A stretch of 63,785 nucleotides of DNA, the filler included, from Octopus bimaculoides (taxonomy: Eukaryota): NCBI RefSeq assembly GCF_001194135.2. It is 9 parts of 9 records of this genome, joined end to end, with 100 filler letters (N's around TTAATTAATTAA, not from the genome) between each part and the next. Parts side by side here need not be neighbours in the genome. Positions count along the whole stretch, not along the records: positions 19,424 to 34,784 come from NC_068982.1; positions 34,885 to 36,845 come from NW_026393470.1; 7 more parts are not named here. One strand, written 5' to 3'. Shown piece by piece: positions 23,740 through 35,776 of this stretch. The first letter of the stretch is position 1; the number at the start of each line of letters is the position of its first letter. The translations under genes and the position numbers were made by a program. The notes beneath the pieces were generated by a model. The model searched no databases, was not told where the DNA came from, and worked only from the letters and a program-made list of their open reading frames with translations.

Positions 23740-24399
23740 NNNNNNNNNNNNNNNNNNNNNNNNNNNNNNNNNNNNNNNNNNNNNNNNNNNNNNNNNNNNN
23801 NNNNNNNNNNNNNNNNNNNNNNNNNNNNNNNNNNNNNNNNNNNNNNNNNNNNNNNNNNNNNNNNNNNNNNNNNNNNNNNNNNNNNNNNNNNNNNNNNNNN
23901 NNNNNNNNNNNNNNNNNNNNNNNNNNNNNNNNNNNNNNNNNNNNNNNNNNNNNNNNNNNNNNNNNNNNNNNNNNNNNNNNNNNNNNNNNNNNNNNNNNNN
24001 NNNNNNNNNNNNNNNNNNNNNNNNNNNNNNNNNNNNNNNNNNNNNNNNNNNNNNNNNNNNNNNNNNNNNNNNNNNNNNNNNNNNNNNNNNNNNNNNNNNN
24101 NNNNNNNNNNNNNNNNNNNNNNNNNNNNNNNNNNNNNNNNNNNNNNNNNNNNNNNNNNNNNNNNNNNNNNNNNNNNNNNNNNNNNNNNNNNNNNNNNNNN
24201 NNNATATATATATATATATACACACATACACGGAGTAACCAAAGAATATTTATACAAACTTAAAATATGTCAGTCTAAAGTTTCAATCTAAGAAGACCAT
24301 ATCGCCACTGGCACCAATAATATTTGGAACACTAAATTTTCCCACAGAGGAAATCTGTTGTGTTTTTACATTAAATCCCTCGAAATCTCTTAACATCAA

Positions 24400-24451
24400 C
24401 TAGCACACAAGAAATAATAAGTTGGACAACTTATTATTTCTTGTGTGCTAG
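24400..24451. repeat. Perfect 25-bp inverted repeat with a 2-nt spacer
   Basis: ctagcacacaagaaataataagttg-ga-caacttattatttcttgtgtgctag. Confidence 0.9.
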
Positions 24452-25750
24452 AAGAAAAGTTGTAGAAGAGATCTCAGGTTTCGGTTAGATGTCGTATGGC
24501 TTCTTCGGAGAAAAATGTCTTAAACTACAATATCAGAAACACATACCTGTATTAGTAGCTCACGAATAAGCCAAGCAACATCCTGCAAGTTGGACGCAAA
24601 CTTTCAAAGAAATACTTGGTGACTGATATTGTATGACACCAGAATCAGTGAATAGATCCACCTTAAATTGAAAGACATGGAGGTGTAACACTTTTCAATA
24701 AGTACTAAGTGCTTGGTACTGCACTATGTGACACCAGAATGGCTGGTTAGATCCACATTAACAGAGAGATATAGCGGAGTGATATTCTGCATACCAACAA
24801 GTTGTGCTGTGTATACTCTTACATGTTAAATTTGAGAACGATACTAGCATTGGTAAGGAATATATAGCTTCTCTGAGCTAAACACATGTCTTGGTTACAC
24901 TGCTGTATATTTCGACCCCCCACCATTTCCAGCAGACGCTTCGAAAATACTGACTATGTCTGCAGAAAGCATCAGGCATATAATGAGTAGTTTCTTAAGA
25001 AGTGTCATCAAAGAATTACCTTTATATGTAGCATAATGTTATTGCTGAAACAGATGTATAAAGTCATCCGCAGCGAGGACTGTCCTGGAGTGAATGTATA
25101 AAACAAAAACCAAAAAAAAGCAAAAACAGCAAAAAAACACATGTCGTCTGCAGTGCCAAAAAATGACTGAAGCAGACGATCGTTACTTGTCTTCTAAAGT
25201 CCGTTTATTTTCCGTCTAACACAATTAATTTTATTATTGTGAGATACCATCATTAAATAAGTGAAAGGGAAAATGTTTACAAACATTTATTTCGAAAAAA
25301 AAATAGAAATGGAATGAATGGCGGCGGTTTTGAAAACTGCTTACATTTCCTTAGAATTCGACTAAATATGTGCAAGAGTTTCTGTATATCAACATATCGA
25401 CAGTTAATATCATATACATGCAACATATTCATGTGTATCGTGTTTGTAAATCATATCGATTACATATATTAAAGACAATGTTATGATCCAACAAGGGATC
25501 TGCTAGAAATAGCAGCCAATTTTCCACGTATGACACTTTATTTTTTCTCATTATTTTTTAAACATTTAACCCATAAAATCCATACTGGGGGTTTCCTCCT
25601 TTTGCCAAACCCCTATGTTGCAGCAACATAAACAAACTTACACCGGTTGTCAAACGATAAGAAACAAACACAAGAACGCGCGCGCATACAAACATATATG
25701 TGTGCGTATGTATATATATGCGCACACATATATGCATGCATTGACAGATG

Positions 25751-25782
<32 letters not shown>

Positions 25783-26159
25783 CATACATACATACATACA
25801 TACATACATACATACATACATACATACATACATACATAAATACACACACACACACACATACATTTGGCTGCCATTTCTGACAGTCCGAGTCACACTTAGA
25901 GGCTCCGTTGTTGACATCCAGTTGTCTGTAACACACATAATAGACATGAGTTACAAAACAGGTACACATAAACATGTTACATGTGTGGTATTTATTATGG
26001 ATACATTTACGTATAGAAACGCTTGCATATATTTCGTCAAAATAACTGGAAAGTGTTGTTAAACAGTTTTCAAAATCGCTGCCATTCAGTGTTTGTCTTA
26101 ATTTCCGTTATAATAATTTATTAATGTCGGCAACTAAAGCAAACGATACCTAGAAACAG

Positions 26160-26680
26160 ACGGTAGCTACACAGAAAATGATAGTTACACAGCATACGAT
26201 AGATACACAGTAGCTATAATAGTTTATCAGGTGATAACTATACAGAAGACAATAGCTACACAAAAGACAATAACCCCACAGCAGACGATAATTTCACAGC
26301 AGACAATTGTTACAGAACAGACGATAGTTACGCAGACGACAGTAACTATAAGTTAGAGACTCTCAACCGGGGTCCAAATTTTGCTTTAGGCGTATTGATT
26401 GCAAGAAACAGCTTGCTAGGTTGCTTTTTCTGATATTTTACATAGTTCAACGTGTTCTCTTAGTGCTATTGCACTTACACAAGTAAATGGGTGAAAAACA
26501 AAATAGGAAAGAAGTATCAATAAACATCGAATGGCTATGGGGAACCCCTAGAATGACATAGTAATCTAAGGAACCCTTTATTTAAAAAATGGTTGAAAAC
26601 CACTGCGTTAGACAATAATACACAGCAGACAATAACTATTTGTAGGCGTTAGTCATAATGCAGACGATAGTTACACGATA
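26160..26680. repeat. Degenerate ~18-bp minisatellite (cagacgatagttacacag) interrupted by a MITE
   Basis: Units are visible at 26160-26345 and resume at 26606-26680. Confidence 0.7.
26355..26605. mobile_element. Degenerate hAT-like MITE
   Basis: Ends ..ctctcaacc and ggttgaaaaccactg resemble CAGTGGTTCTCAACC-type hAT TIRs; left TIR is eroded. Confidence 0.45.
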
Positions 26681-27430
26681 GACACAAGGTCAGGGACGAA
26701 ATCTATTTTCTCACGCACCAGTTCAAACGAGGAGATCAATCCCAATCAAAATTATTTTTGTTAAAAATTAAAAATAACTCGCCCAATTCAACATTGAAGT
26801 GGAATTCATCCCCTACACCGAGATTTTAATTTCAATCACTATTTAAAACAATGTGTATATATGTGTGTGTGTATGTGCAATCATTTGAGTTTGTAAAGTT
26901 AAATGTGTCACAGAGGATAGCAAACTTCAAATGTCACCACAAGAGCTTATCTTTATTTAAGGTAATTTGAGATACAAATAAGATTTATTCTATAACGGGA
27001 AAAACAAATCAAAACTATATGTATGGACATCATTTAATTACATATATACATACATACTCAGTTGTACATATATGTGTAAGCGTGTATATGTTCGTTTGTG
27101 TGTTTTACTCAATTATTCACACTGTAGGTATTACTCTAATAGACTTTTGATAAGTATATGCTTGTTGGTCATCGACTACTGATTAGATCAGGTAGAATGT
27201 ATTTTAAAGGGTCGGTGCGTGTGAAGGCCAATAGTCAGTCATGAGTTTAAGTATGGTTTAGTATGAAGTTTAAGTATGGTTAAGTATGAAGTTTAAGTAT
27301 GAAGCCAATTGAAGTGTTCAAATCATTTCATCATAAACTATAATGTCGTATATATAGCTATGGGCAATAATAGACAACAGGTTGTCAAATCAATACTAGA
27401 TAGACACATGTACACACATATTTTACATTG

Positions 27431-27463
<33 letters not shown>

Positions 27464-27572
27464 TACACACACACATATATACACGGACACACACACAAAT
27501 CAAATAGGTAGGTAGGTAGGTAGATATACATGGATATATGTGTATCTGTCTGTGTATATATGTGTATCTGTC

Positions 27573-27911
27573 ATGCACATTGTCAAGTTGACAGCAAAGT
27601 GCAGACAACTGGCAGGGTGGATACTGAGGACATTCCGTACAAGGGATCAAAAAGTCATGTTGACTCTGTGGAAGACATTTGTTCTGAGCCGCCTAGACTA
27701 TTGCTCTCAGTTGTGGTCACCACACAGTGTTAAGCGGACAGCAGAACTCGAGGCAATTCAGCGGCACTATACAAAAAAGATCGCCACAGTCCAACAGATG
27801 AACTACAGGGAGCGACTGAAGACACTAGGTCTCTACTCCCTGGGGCGCAGGTGGGAGAGATATGTAATAATATACATATGGAAAATACTGGAAGGACTGG
27901 TGCCAAACTTT
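27573..27911 (+). mobile_element. CR1/L2-group LINE ORF2 fragment (region C-terminal to RT), cut by a gap
   Basis: WILRTFRTRDQKVMLTLWKTFVLSRLDYCSQLWSP..ELEAIQRHYTKKI..NYRERLKTLGLYSL matches the CR1-type pattern LYxxLVRPxLEYC..WSP..LExVQRRATK..YxERLxxLxLxSL. Confidence 0.85.
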
Positions 27912-28871
27912 NNNNNNNNNNNNNNNNNNNNNNNNNNNNNNNNNNNNNNNNNNNNNNNNNNNNNNNNNNNNNNNNNNNNNNNNNNNNNNNNNNNNNNNNN
28001 NNNNNNNNNNNNNNNNNNNNNNNNNNNNNNNNNNNNNNNNNNNNNNNNNNNNNNNNNNNNNNNNNNNNNNNNNNNNNNNNNNNNNNNNNNNNNNNNNNNN
28101 NNNNNNNNNNNNNNNNNNNNNNNNNNNNNNNNNNNNNNNNNNNNNNNNNNNNNNNNNNNNNNNNNNNNNNNNNNNNNNNNNNNNNNNNNNNNNNNNNNNN
28201 NNNNNNNNNNNNNNNNNNNNNNNNNNNNNNNNNNNNNNNNNNNNNNNNNNNNNNNNNNNNNNNNNNNNNNNNNNNNNNNNNNNNNNNNNNNNNNNNNNNN
28301 NNNNNNNNNNNNNNNNNNNNNNNNNNNNNNNNNNNNNNNNNNNNNNNNNNNNNNNNNNNNNNNNNNNNNNNNNNNNNNNNNNNNNNNNNNNNNNNNNNNN
28401 NNNNNNNNNNNNNNNNNNAATATAATATAATATGATATAATATAATATTATATATATATATATATATATACATACATGTGCGTGTGTGTATGTGCGTATA
28501 TATATATACATATGTCTGTGCGTGTTAACATATATACACACACGCGTTTTATGATGTGTAGTGACGCTTCAGTAGAAACAATAGATTTATATGTTTAGAT
28601 ATATTCTAAGCAAATATTTCAAATTGATCACTGCTAACATGATGGTCTTGGATTTGTTTTTGTTTTTTTTAATACCTGAAACAACAACAATAATAATCCT
28701 TTCTACTTTAGGCACAAGGCCTGAAATTTTGGGGGAAGGAGGTTAGTCGAATACATCGATCCCCAATATTCAACTGCTATTTATTTTATAGAACCCGAAA
28801 GGATGAAAAACAAAGTCTGGGGCTAACACAACAATAACAACGAAATAATAATAACAATAATAATGATAATG

Positions 28872-28905
<34 letters not shown>

Positions 28906-28914
28906 CGATGATGA

Positions 28915-29330
28915 TGTTGATTTCATTTATTTGCCACAAGGGCGAAGGATGAGGTGGGGACAATACAAAGACGAACATGAAGTTTACATTTAATGAAATG
29001 GTAGGGGGAAAAAAGAAGAAAAAGTGGGGGTCGGTATACACTGAAAAAGAAGGGATATATACATAGTATACTAAGGGGGGGTTTTTTAAGTGGGGAGGAG
29101 GATGATAGAGATGGTATCTTCCTGATACAAGAGGGCCTCTAGGGATAATTGAGGAACCCCGCTGTCCTAGATTTCTTTGAACACCAATAGCAAGTGCCTT
29201 CTCCTTATTCGTTCTGTCTAAAGATCGCCAGAAAGGCGGACAAGCAATTTATAATTTGAATAACAAGCAATATCTAATTAAGATGTATAAAATATATTTT
29301 ACCTTGCCCGGAACGTTGAGCTTCTCTCTT
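28915..29330 (-). mobile_element. Possible decayed L1/Tx1-like LINE 3' end
   Basis: Minus frame KLNVPGKVKYILY resembles the zf-RVT lead-in (KLxVPxKVKxFxW); AATAAA and an (ATC/ATT)n tail lie downstream; stop codons present. Confidence 0.3.
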
Positions 29331-30363
29331 TCAATGTCATTTTATAAAACTTTCTTCTTGGCAAATCTTTTAAAAATTCAAGTTTCTTTTTGTTATATAA
29401 ATATTTATATAAATATAAAGAATACGTTGTTGTTTTTTTTTTTTCTCAATCAAGAAATCAAAATATATATTTTGAAATTGTTATAAGGTTCAGCAAAACA
29501 GATGTACTTTTTTTTTTTTTAATTATATCAAATAAATAGAAAAAAAGTTTTGCTTTTTGTTTGTTTTTGGAATTGGTAAAGTTTTTCAAGATTTTTTCTT
29601 CCTGAGATAATTTTCGAAATAAATAAAATAAATTAATCAAGTGTATATTTTTTTGTTAATATTTTGTCCAAGTTGTTGACTAAGATATATAAATATAATA
29701 CATATATAATATTCAATAAATTTGTATATTAATTTATATTAATATGTATATATGTTTAAAGAGTAAACTTTGTTTAACTTGCTCTCCGTTGCTTTCGGCT
29801 TGTAGGATTACTTTCGGACGATTGTCTAAACCGGGCGAGTTTTCTCTATTTATACATAAATAGGCGTGTTTCTATGCATACGTTTGAATGTAGGTTTCTA
29901 CGAATCCACGTGTGTATGTTTATTTTTATGTTATATGTATCCATGTCTGTGTGTGTGTGTGTGTTTGATAGTAGGAAGGTTTTGCTCTGAAGGCATTTCA
30001 TTGGTCAATCAGTCACAATGTCCAACAGGTGTCATGTAAAAATTAGATACATAATTACTGATAAAAAAATCCCATCCAAGATAAGCAAGCCAACAGCTAC
30101 AAACGTGTAGTAATGACAAAACAGGTAAATGGACCAATGAAATATCGTAGAGAAAATTTTGTTCTTAGAGAAACGAGGTGTTTCAAAAAAATAGTTAAAA
30201 ACGTCCATATTATTTTATATGTGTGTGAGAAAGAAACGGAGCTGTAAATGCAGAGACACTGTGTGTGTGTGTGTGTGTGTGTGTTTGAGTGAGTGTGAAT
30301 TTCTTGGTAAAAAAGGAAATGAGAATCAACTGCTACGACTGACACTTAGGAACATTACACACA

Positions 30364-30403
<40 letters not shown>

Positions 30404-30477
30404 TATATGCGTGTTTCTATGTATACACACGCACATACATTTTATNNNNNNNNNNATATATATATATATATATATAT

Positions 30478-30772
30478 AGGGTGTCCACAAAGCCTGGGTA
30501 CAAGGAGTAAATAAAATCACATCATAAACAATTAAATATAAGAAATTATAATTTCTTAAAGTGTGTGTTAATCTCCATGTGGGTAACATGGAGTAAATAA
30601 AATCATAACAGACAATTAAATACAAGAAATAATAATTTCTTAAAGTATGTGTTAATCTCCATGTGGGTACATGGAGTAAATAAAATCATAACATTAACAA
30701 TTAAATGTAAGAAATAATAATTTCTTTAAGTATGTGTTAATTTCCATGTACCCAGACTTTGTGGACACCCTG
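30478..30772. mobile_element. Tc1/mariner-type MITE with three internal ~85-bp units
   Basis: 30-bp TIR CAGGGTGTCCACAAAGTCTGGGTACATGGA (right copy 30743-30772), TA flanks; units start at 30496, 30581 and 30665. Confidence 0.85.
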
Positions 30773-31097
30773 TATATATGTGTGTATATATATATATATA
30801 TATGTATGTATCAATTAATATACACGTACACACACACACACATACACACACACACACATTCAATTAGGGGTTAAATTAGCCTCGTTAAGGGATGGTATCA
30901 TCCAGTGAATTACTGCTTTAATACCTGATATTTGTTGTGAATAATAATATTCATAAAACAATAGGTTTATATAAATTATGGTTTATAACCATTCAAAAGA
31001 AAGTAAGAAAGTAGAGATATAACATTTAATAAAAATTTTATAAAAGTTTATTTACATTATTTACCTTGGATGGATATGTGTCCCCATTTTGTTTGTT

Positions 31098-31143
31098 GTT
31101 ACTACGTTTCGGCTGATTTTCTCTCCAGCCTTCATCAGGTGTC
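31098..31143 (-). ncRNA. Minimal hammerhead, core intact, helix I 3' strand damaged
   Basis: Minus strand: gacac-ctgatga-a-ggctgg..tcagcc-gaaacgta-gtaac. Confidence 0.55.
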
Positions 31144-31390
31144 CGGGTAAAATTTTAAATCCAGCCCTGAGTTCTCATTCCTAAGGTATTTTTTTTTTTT
31201 TGCTGATGTTATTATCCCAAGATTGTGAGTTCAATTCCAGGCAGTGCCTTGAATAAATAATAATAATAATAATAACAGCAACAACAACAACAACAAGAAA
31301 AATAATAATAATAAGAAGAAGAACAACAACAACAACAACATCAGCAAAAAAATACCTTAGGAATGAGAATCCAAAGTTGGGTTCAAAATT

Positions 31391-31435
31391 CTATCTGATG
31401 AAGGGTGGAGAGTAAATCAGCCGAAACGTTGTGTT
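31391..31435 (+). ncRNA. Minimal hammerhead, core intact, helix I 5' strand lost
   Basis: ctat-ctgatga-a-gggtgg..tcagcc-gaaacgtt-gtgtt. Confidence 0.55.
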
Positions 31436-31628
31436 AACAACAAACAAGATGAGGACACATCCGTCCAATGTAAATAATGTAAATGATGTACAGAATTCCT
31501 CATTTCTAAAGTATAGAATAATGAAAATTTATTTATTAAATTTTTATTAAATGCTATATCTCCATTTTCCTTGCTTCTTATGAATGATTATAAACCATGA
31601 TGTATATATATATATATACACACACACA

Positions 31629-31662
<34 letters not shown>

Positions 31663-31666
<4 letters not shown>

Positions 31667-31925
31667 CTCCTGACTGACACTCGTGCTGGTGGCATGTAAA
31701 GAGCACCAACTGAACGTGGTCGATGCCAGTATCCCCTGACTCGTCCCAGTGACAGTGGCACGTAAAAAGCACCCACTACACTCTCGGAGTCGTTGGCGTT
31801 AGGAAGGGCATCCAGCTGTAGAAACATTGCCAGATCAGACTGGAGCTTCAGTTAAATTATTGTCCAACCCATGCCAGCTTGGGTTGGACAATAATTTAAC
31901 AGACGTTAGATGATGATGATGATGA
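31663..31925 (+). mobile_element. Retroposon family D with about two internal units
   Basis: tggcacgtaaaaagcacccactacactctcggagtcgttggcgttaggaagggcatccagc... and a (GAT)n tail. Confidence 0.8.
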
Positions 31926-32613
31926 TATATATGGATATATAAATTTATATACATGCACACACACACGCGCGCACACACACATATACATAAATTAATATAC
32001 ACATACACTTATATGTATATATATATATNNNNNNNNNNNNNNNNNNNNNNNNNNNNNNNNNNNNNNNNNNNNNNNNNNNNNNNNNNNNNNNNNNNNNNNN
32101 NNNNNNNNNNNNNNNNNNNNNNNNNNNNTGTATGTATGTATGTGTGTATGTATGTGTGTATGTATGTATGTATGTTTGATGGGACCTGTTTTGGGAGAGC
32201 ATCGTTGTTCCTGTAATTTATATCTTATGTTGTTGTTGTTGCTATTATTGTTGGTTGCAGCAGGGTCATTGTGGGGGGGGGGGTAAGTGTGTACTATCAT
32301 ATGGCAGTGGCAGTGCTGTTACTGATGATGATGATGATGATGATGATGATGGTTGTGGTGGTGGTGGTGGTGGCGGTGTTAACAGAGAGGTTACATTAGT
32401 AATCCTTGCAAATTTCCATCATAGTTTTTTGTTTTTTTTGTACTGTAAATGCTATTCAACACTCATGCTTTCTGTTGTCATAGCAAATCTATTATTAAAT
32501 ACAAAAATTATTGACACACCTGAAACAAGTTCGTGTTAGAATTTCAAGGAAAAGACAAAATTTACCTGGAAATTTTCTGTTTCCTTTCATGTCTTTTTTT
32601 CTAATGAATAATC

Positions 32614-32983
32614 AGGCACAGGCATGGCTGTGTGGTAAGAAGCTTGCTTTCCAACTGCAAGATTCCAAGTTCAGTCCCACTGCATGGTACCTTGGGCAAG
32701 TGTCTTCTACTATAGCCTCAGGCCAACCAAAACCTTGTGAGTGAAGTCGGTAAATGGAAACTGAAAGAAACTTGTGGTATGTGTGTGTGTGTGTGTGTTT
32801 GTGGGGGTGGGGGGTCCGTGTTTCTCCACTAGCACCACTTGACAACCAGTGTTGGTATGTTTATATCCCTATAACTTAGTGCTCTGTCAAAAGAGACTGA
32901 TAAAATAAGTACCATTTGACTAAAAATTGTTCAAGGTGGTGCCCCAGCATGGCTGCAGTCTAAGGACTGAAACAAGTAAAAGA
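32614..32983 (+). mobile_element. SINE family C, full length
   Basis: tRNA-like head, a ccttgggcaagtgtctt segment resembling the CORE domain, internal (GT)n, tail gactgaaacaagtaaaag. Confidence 0.88.
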
Positions 32984-33205
32984 AACCAGTTCATGGTTTC
33001 TGATTTCAAAACCACCACTTGAATTTTGGTGAGGCCCTTTGAAGGATATTCTATATTAGGTGTCATCAAACCCCTTACTGCTTGCATTTTGATGTAGCCT
33101 CATGAAGGGCAGCCTATACAAGGTGTCTTGAAGCACTTACTAAGTTATAAGCATTAAACACCTGATCTTTAATGAAAATTACCTGCAAATTACCTGGTTA
33201 TTATA

Positions 33206-33720
33206 TCATCCTCATCATCATTGTTTAACGTCTACCTTCCATGCTGGCAAGGGTTGGACGGTTTGATTGAGGACTGGCAAGCCAGGAGGCCACACCAGGC
33301 TCCAATCTGATCTGGTAAAGTTTCTACAGCTGGATACCCTTCGTAATTCCAACCACTCCGAGAGTGTCATAGGTGCTTTTTACATGCCAGCAGCATGGGA
33401 GCCAGTCAAGTGGTACTGGCATTGACCACATTCAAATGGTGATTTTTATGTGCTACCGACACCGGAGCCAGTCAGGTGGCACTGGCATTGACCATGCTCG
33501 TATGGTGCTTTTTACATGCCACCAGCACAAGCACCAGTCAGGTGGCACTTCATTGACCTTGCTCAAATGGTGCTTTTTCTATACCACTGGGACTGGGACC
33601 AGTGAGACGGCACTGGCATCAACCTTGCTCCAATGGTGCTTTTTCTGTGCCACTAGCATGGGGTCCAGTCAGGTGGCTCTGGCATCGACCACACTCAAAT
33701 GGTGCCTTTTTATGTGCCAT
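33206..33720 (-). mobile_element. Retroposon family D with five full 65-66 bp units plus a partial unit
   Basis: ggtgcttttt anchors at 33372, 33438, 33504, 33569, 33635 and 33701. Confidence 0.85.
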
Positions 33721-33784
33721 TCCCACATCATGTTACAGAAACTCAAATCAAGTTCAGGCCAAAATCAATCCTTGATCGATACTA

Positions 33785-33994
33785 CAGGGTGTCCACAAGG
33801 TCTGGGTACATGGAGTAAATAAAATCATAACATAAACAATTAAATATAAGAAATAATAATTTCTTAAAGTATGTGTTAATCCCCATGTGGGTACATGGAG
33901 TGAATAAAATTATAACATAAACAATTATATATAAGACATAATTATTTCTTAAAGTATGTTTTAATCCCTATGTACTCAGACTGTGGACACCCTG
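33785..33994. mobile_element. Tc1/mariner-type MITE of the same family as 30478, with two internal units
   Basis: TA|CAGGGTGTCCACAAGGTCTGGG...GTGGACACCCTG|TA; units start at 33804 and 33889. Confidence 0.88.
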
Positions 33995-34884
33995 TATAAT
34001 GGTGATACTATGGTTTGATGGATACTATAATGGTAAGCAAGGCAGCAAACTAGCAGAATTATTAGCATGTCCGACAACATGTTTAATGGCATTTCTTTTG
34101 GTTCTTTACATTCTGAATTCAAATTTTACTGGGGTCAACTTTTGCCTTTGATCTCTTCAGGGATCAATGAAAAATAACGAACCAGTCAAGTAATGAGGTG
34201 AAAGCTATCAACTTGCTCCCTCATTTCATAATTGCTGGCATTGAGTCCGGCAACAGACAAGGATCGCATTCAGAGGGAACGTTGTGAGCTTGGTCACCCA
34301 TACACCATAGAAGCTGCATAACCAGCCTTAAGAATTCTAGGACTCAAGAAACAGAACAATCTGTAGTGGTGGGCACTAGAGTGGAAAGATCTGAATAATG
34401 GTCCGTTTCAATTTATAGGCCCCTATTCATATGTTATTGTGACATTTAACAGTTTGAAATTTGGCATAGACTGAAAACGAAATAGCAGAGTTCTTTGAAA
34501 TTATCCTTTATACGTGTATAAGCAGTCCTTCTGGTTATTACACATGGCAAAAATATCGGCTGATGAAATCTATGTGGACAAAAAAATGGGTTTTTCTTGT
34601 GTCATTCAGTTTTAAGAGAATGTAAATACACATAGATACTCAGATGTGCGTGTAGGTGTGGGAGTATGTGTTTGCTTGTGTTTACACACACACACACACA
34701 CACACACAAATATACGTGTGTGTGTGTACATCTATATATATATGTATATACATACATATATATATATATATACACACATATATANNNNNNNNNNNNNNNN
34801 NNNNNNNNNNNNNNNNNNNNNNNNNNNNTTAATTAATTAANNNNNNNNNNNNNNNNNNNNNNNNNNNNNNNNNNNNNNNNNNNN

Positions 34885-34917
<33 letters not shown>

Positions 34918-34980
34918 GATAATAATGATAACAACAAGAATAAATGATAATAATAAATAATAATAATAATGGTGTTTGTT

Positions 34981-35259
34981 TTTGGTTTAGTCACAAGGCC
35001 GGCAATTATGCGGGATGTGGGCTTTGTCGAATACATCGATCCCAGTTTGACTGGTGCCTTATTTTATCGATCCCGAAAAGATAAATGACAAAGTTAGCCT
35101 CGCTGAGATTCGAACTGAGAACGTTAAGAGCTGGAAGATATACTTCAAGGCATTTTGCTTGACTCTCTAACACTTCTAAAAGTTCGCAGCCCTAATAATT
35201 GTAGTAGAAGTTGTAGTAGTAGCAGTAGTAATAATAATAACATTGATGATAATGATACT

Positions 35260-35302
<43 letters not shown>

Positions 35303-35544
35303 GCTTCAAATTTTGCCACAAGGGCAGCAATTTTGCAGGAGGGGATGAGTCGATTACATCGACCCCAGTGTTCAACTGGTATTTATTTTATCGACTCCGG
35401 AAGGATGAAAGGCAAAGTCGACCTCGGCGGAATTTGAACTCAGAACGCAAAGACGGACGAAATGCCGCTAAGCATTTCGTCCGGCGTGCTTAACGATTCT
35501 GCCAGCTCGCTGCTTTAGTAATAATAGTCATAATAATAATAATG

Positions 35545-35597
<53 letters not shown>

Positions 35598-35640
35598 GAT
35601 AATAATAATAATGATGATGATGATGATGATGATAATAATG

Positions 35641-35692
<52 letters not shown>

Positions 35693-35724
35693 TAATAATA
35701 ATGATGATGATGATGATAATAATG

Positions 35725-35776
<52 letters not shown>

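Larger units (their letters stand above)
30978..31598. mobile_element. ~620-bp foldback whose arms include family E (PLE pseudo-LTR) with hammerhead cores
   Basis: 30978-~31215 is the imperfect reverse complement of ~31325-31598; the spacer holds a SINE-head scrap and (AAT/AAC)n. Confidence 0.8.

Noticed and set aside
33373-33822. 149-aa ORF with internal repeats, and the CRISPR-like look of the array
   Set aside because: The ORF follows from the 66-bp period. The variable parts are homologous to each other, there are no cas genes, and the context is eukaryotic.
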